Below, piece by piece: positions 61,935-64,000 of a stretch of DNA of 64,000 nucleotides. Each line of letters starts with the position of its first letter. The stretch's first letter is position 1. Position numbers and translations under genes: made by a program. The notes beneath the pieces are model-generated. The model was not told the DNA's origin. It saw only the letters and a program-made list of their open reading frames with translations, and searched no databases. Source of the stretch: an uncultured delta proteobacterium (GTDB lineage Bacteria; Myxococcota; B64-G9); assembly GCA_963754925.1 (NCBI GenBank), contig CAVWHX010000001.1, positions 128,001 through 192,000 on the forward strand, written 5' to 3'.

Positions 61935-64000
61935 ATGAAGAAGTACGATGCGGCAGACATTCGAAACATTGCGTTGGTTGGCCATAAAGGCGCCGGCAAG
62001 ACGTCGTTGGCCGAGGCGTGCATCTTCAACGCCAAAGCCGTCACCCGCTTGGGAAGCGTTGACGCCAAAACGTCGACCTTTGACTACGAGCAGGAGGAGA
62101 TGGACCGGGCCATGACCATCATGACCACGGTCGGCTCGATCGAATGGAAAAAGCGCAAGATCAATATCTTGGATACGCCCGGCGACGGCAACTTTATCTA
62201 CGATACCCGCCTCTCCATGACCGCCGCGGACGCCGCGCTGGTCGTGATCAGCGCCCCGGACGGGATCGGCGTGCAAACCGAACGGGTGTGGCAGCGGGCG
62301 AAAGATTTGGACATACCGCGTGTGATCGTCATCAACAAAATGGACCGCGAACGCGCCGATCCCGATAAGACGCTGGCGGCGGTAAAGGCGATGCTCTCGG
62401 CGGACGCTATCCCGATTCAACTGCCCATCGGCAAAGAAGCTCAATTCGAGGGCGTGGTCGATATTTTGTCCGGCAAAGCGTTTTTCTACCAGAAGGACGG
62501 CTCCGGAAACGTCAAAACCGGGGAGGTGCCGGCCAATTTGAAGGATGCTTTGGCCAAGGCCAAATCCGCGCTCTCGGAAAAGATCGCCGAGAGCGACGAG
62601 GCGCTGGTCGAGAAATACCTCGAATCCGGCCTCTCGGACGAGGAGCTGGCCGCCGGTTTTTCTAAGGCGGTGAAACAGGGCGCACTGTTTCCGGTCATGT
62701 ACGTAAGCGCCAGTCATAATATGGGCGTTTCCGCTGTGCTTGATTTTCTTTCGGACCGACTTCCGGCCCCGACGGAATTGCCGCCGGTCAAAGGTAAAAC
62801 CCCCGACGGCGCGGAGGTCGAACGGGCGCGCACGCCGGCCGAGGCGTTTTCTGCGGTGGTGTTTAAAACAATCGACGCGCAGGGCGGAACCCTGTCTATT
62901 TTTAGGATTCTCTCCGGTAGTCTCAACGGCGATAGTGTGATCTACAATTCCGTCACCGAAACAGACGAGCGCGTCGGCACCCTGCTCAGCCTTTTGGGCA
63001 AAAAGCAGGAGGCGTTGAACGCGGCCGAGGCGGGCGATATCGTCGGCGTCCTCAAGTTCAAAAACACAGCGACCGGACACACCCTGTGCGACAAGAAAGC
63101 CATAGTGGTTGTTCCCTTGTTGCCGGTGCCGCCGCCCGCCATTTCCCTTGCCGTCAAAGCCAAGAGCAAGGCCGACGAGGACAAGCTCGGTTCTTCGCTC
63201 GCCAGAATGCTGTCCGAGGACCCCAGCTTGCGTGTCAGCCGGGATGAAGACACCAAGGATTTTCTATTGTCAGGAATGGGCGCGGCGCACCTCGACCTTG
63301 CGGTCAATCGCATGAAACGACGGTTTGGGGTGCAAGTGACCCTCGAGCTGCCGAAGGTGCCCTACCGCGAGACCATCACCAAGAAAGCCCAGGCGCAAGG
63401 TCGCCACAAACGCCAGACTGGCGGGCGCGGGCAGTTCGGCGACTGCTGGCTGGAGCTCTCCCCGCTGCCGCGGGGGGGCGGTTTTGAGTTTGAAAATCGC
63501 ATCAAGGGCGGCTCCATTCCCGGCCAATTTATTCCGGCGGTTGAGAAAGGCGTCATCGAAACCATGCAGCGGGGCGTTCTGGCCGGTTTCAAGTTTGTCG
63601 ATGTTAAGGTCTCGGTCTACGATGGTTCGTATCACGAGGTCGATTCATCGGAAATGGCGTTCAAGCGCGCCGCCAGTATCGGCTTCAAGGCGGCTACCAC
63701 CAAGGCCAATCCGATCCTGCTCGAGCCGATCTACAACATGGAAATAGTGGTTCCCGAGGACAAAATGGGCGACATTATCGGCGACATGAACAGCCGCCGC
63801 GGTCGAGTATCGGGCATGGAAACGCACGGGCGCATGAGCGCGATCAAGGTTCAGGTTCCGCTGGCCGAGATCCTGTCGTACTCATCGGATCTTGATTCCC
63901 GCACCGGCGGACGAGGCAGCTTCACCATGGAGTTCTCCCATTATCAGGAGCTGCCGGCGCACCTGGCCGAAAAGGTAATCGCCGCTCATAAACCGAGCGT
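61935..64000 (+). CDS. fusA: Elongation factor G paralogue (EF-G2-like), runs off the right edge near its C-terminus
   Basis: Not in ORF track; hand translation IRNIALVGHKGAGKTSL, LDTPG, NKMDRE, GMGAAHL, PKVPYRETI, QTGGRGQFG, DGSYHEVDSSEMAF, LLEPI; GGAGG RBS; stand-alone, not in the str operon. Confidence 0.93.
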   Translation, partial: MKKYDAADIRNIALVGHKGAGKTSLAEACIFNAKAVTRLGSVDAKTSTFDYEQEEMDRAMTIMTTVGSIEWKKRKINILDTPGDGNFIYDTRLSMTAADAALVVISAPDGIGVQTERVWQRAKDLDIPRVIVINKMDRERADPDKTLAAVKAMLSADAIPIQLPIGKEAQFEGVVDILSGKAFFYQKDGSGNVKTGEVPANLKDALAKAKSALSEKIAESDEALVEKYLESGLSDEELAAGFSKAVKQGALFPVMYVSASHNMGVSAVLDFLSDRLPAPTELPPVKGKTPDGAEVERARTPAEAFSAVVFKTIDAQGGTLSIFRILSGSLNGDSVIYNSVTETDERVGTLLSLLGKKQEALNAAEAGDIVGVLKFKNTATGHTLCDKKAIVVVPLLPVPPPAISLAVKAKSKADEDKLGSSLARMLSEDPSLRVSRDEDTKDFLLSGMGAAHLDLAVNRMKRRFGVQVTLELPKVPYRETITKKAQAQGRHKRQTGGRGQFGDCWLELSPLPRGGGFEFENRIKGGSIPGQFIPAVEKGVIETMQRGVLAGFKFVDVKVSVYDGSYHEVDSSEMAFKRAASIGFKAATTKANPILLEPIYNMEIVVPEDKMGDIIGDMNSRRGRVSGMETHGRMSAIKVQVPLAEILSYSSDLDSRTGGRGSFTMEFSHYQELPAHLAEKVIAAHKPS

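Overview
Bacterial chromosomal window, probably from a Myxococcota/deltaproteobacterium-like organism (inferred from Cys-rich repeat lipoproteins, a MYXO-CTERM-like protein, DUF4388 and HEAT proteins). 1-10.6 kb (minus strand) is an aromatic amino acid supraoperon, aroB-aroDE-trpE-trpG-trpD-trpCF-trpB-trpA-aroF. It is headed by an unannotated and apparently leaderless 18-aa leader peptide (MSVIFTNWYWYRGETGGP) with terminator/antiterminator, i.e. a candidate Trp+Tyr-sensing attenuator. 22-26 kb holds aroA, a strongly motif-divergent aroC and a eukaryote-type (Aro7-like) chorismate mutase. Further right are a pentose-phosphate cluster (tkt-gnd-zwf-pgl), two Cys-rich surface lipoproteins sharing about 630 bp of near-identical 3' sequence, GH57-glgA-DUF4388-rarA, a REC-degenerate GGDEF protein, coaX, small AT-rich membrane ORFs, hicBA and an EF-G paralogue. 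Non-coding structure includes several nested hairpin repeat families with compensatory base changes, a solitary attC-like site, a sigma54/IHF promoter, and two cargo blocks each bracketed by a duplicated 3' end of the upstream gene with no integrase nearby. About eight single-base frameshifts suggest long-read indel errors. All family calls come from motif recognition, not database searches.
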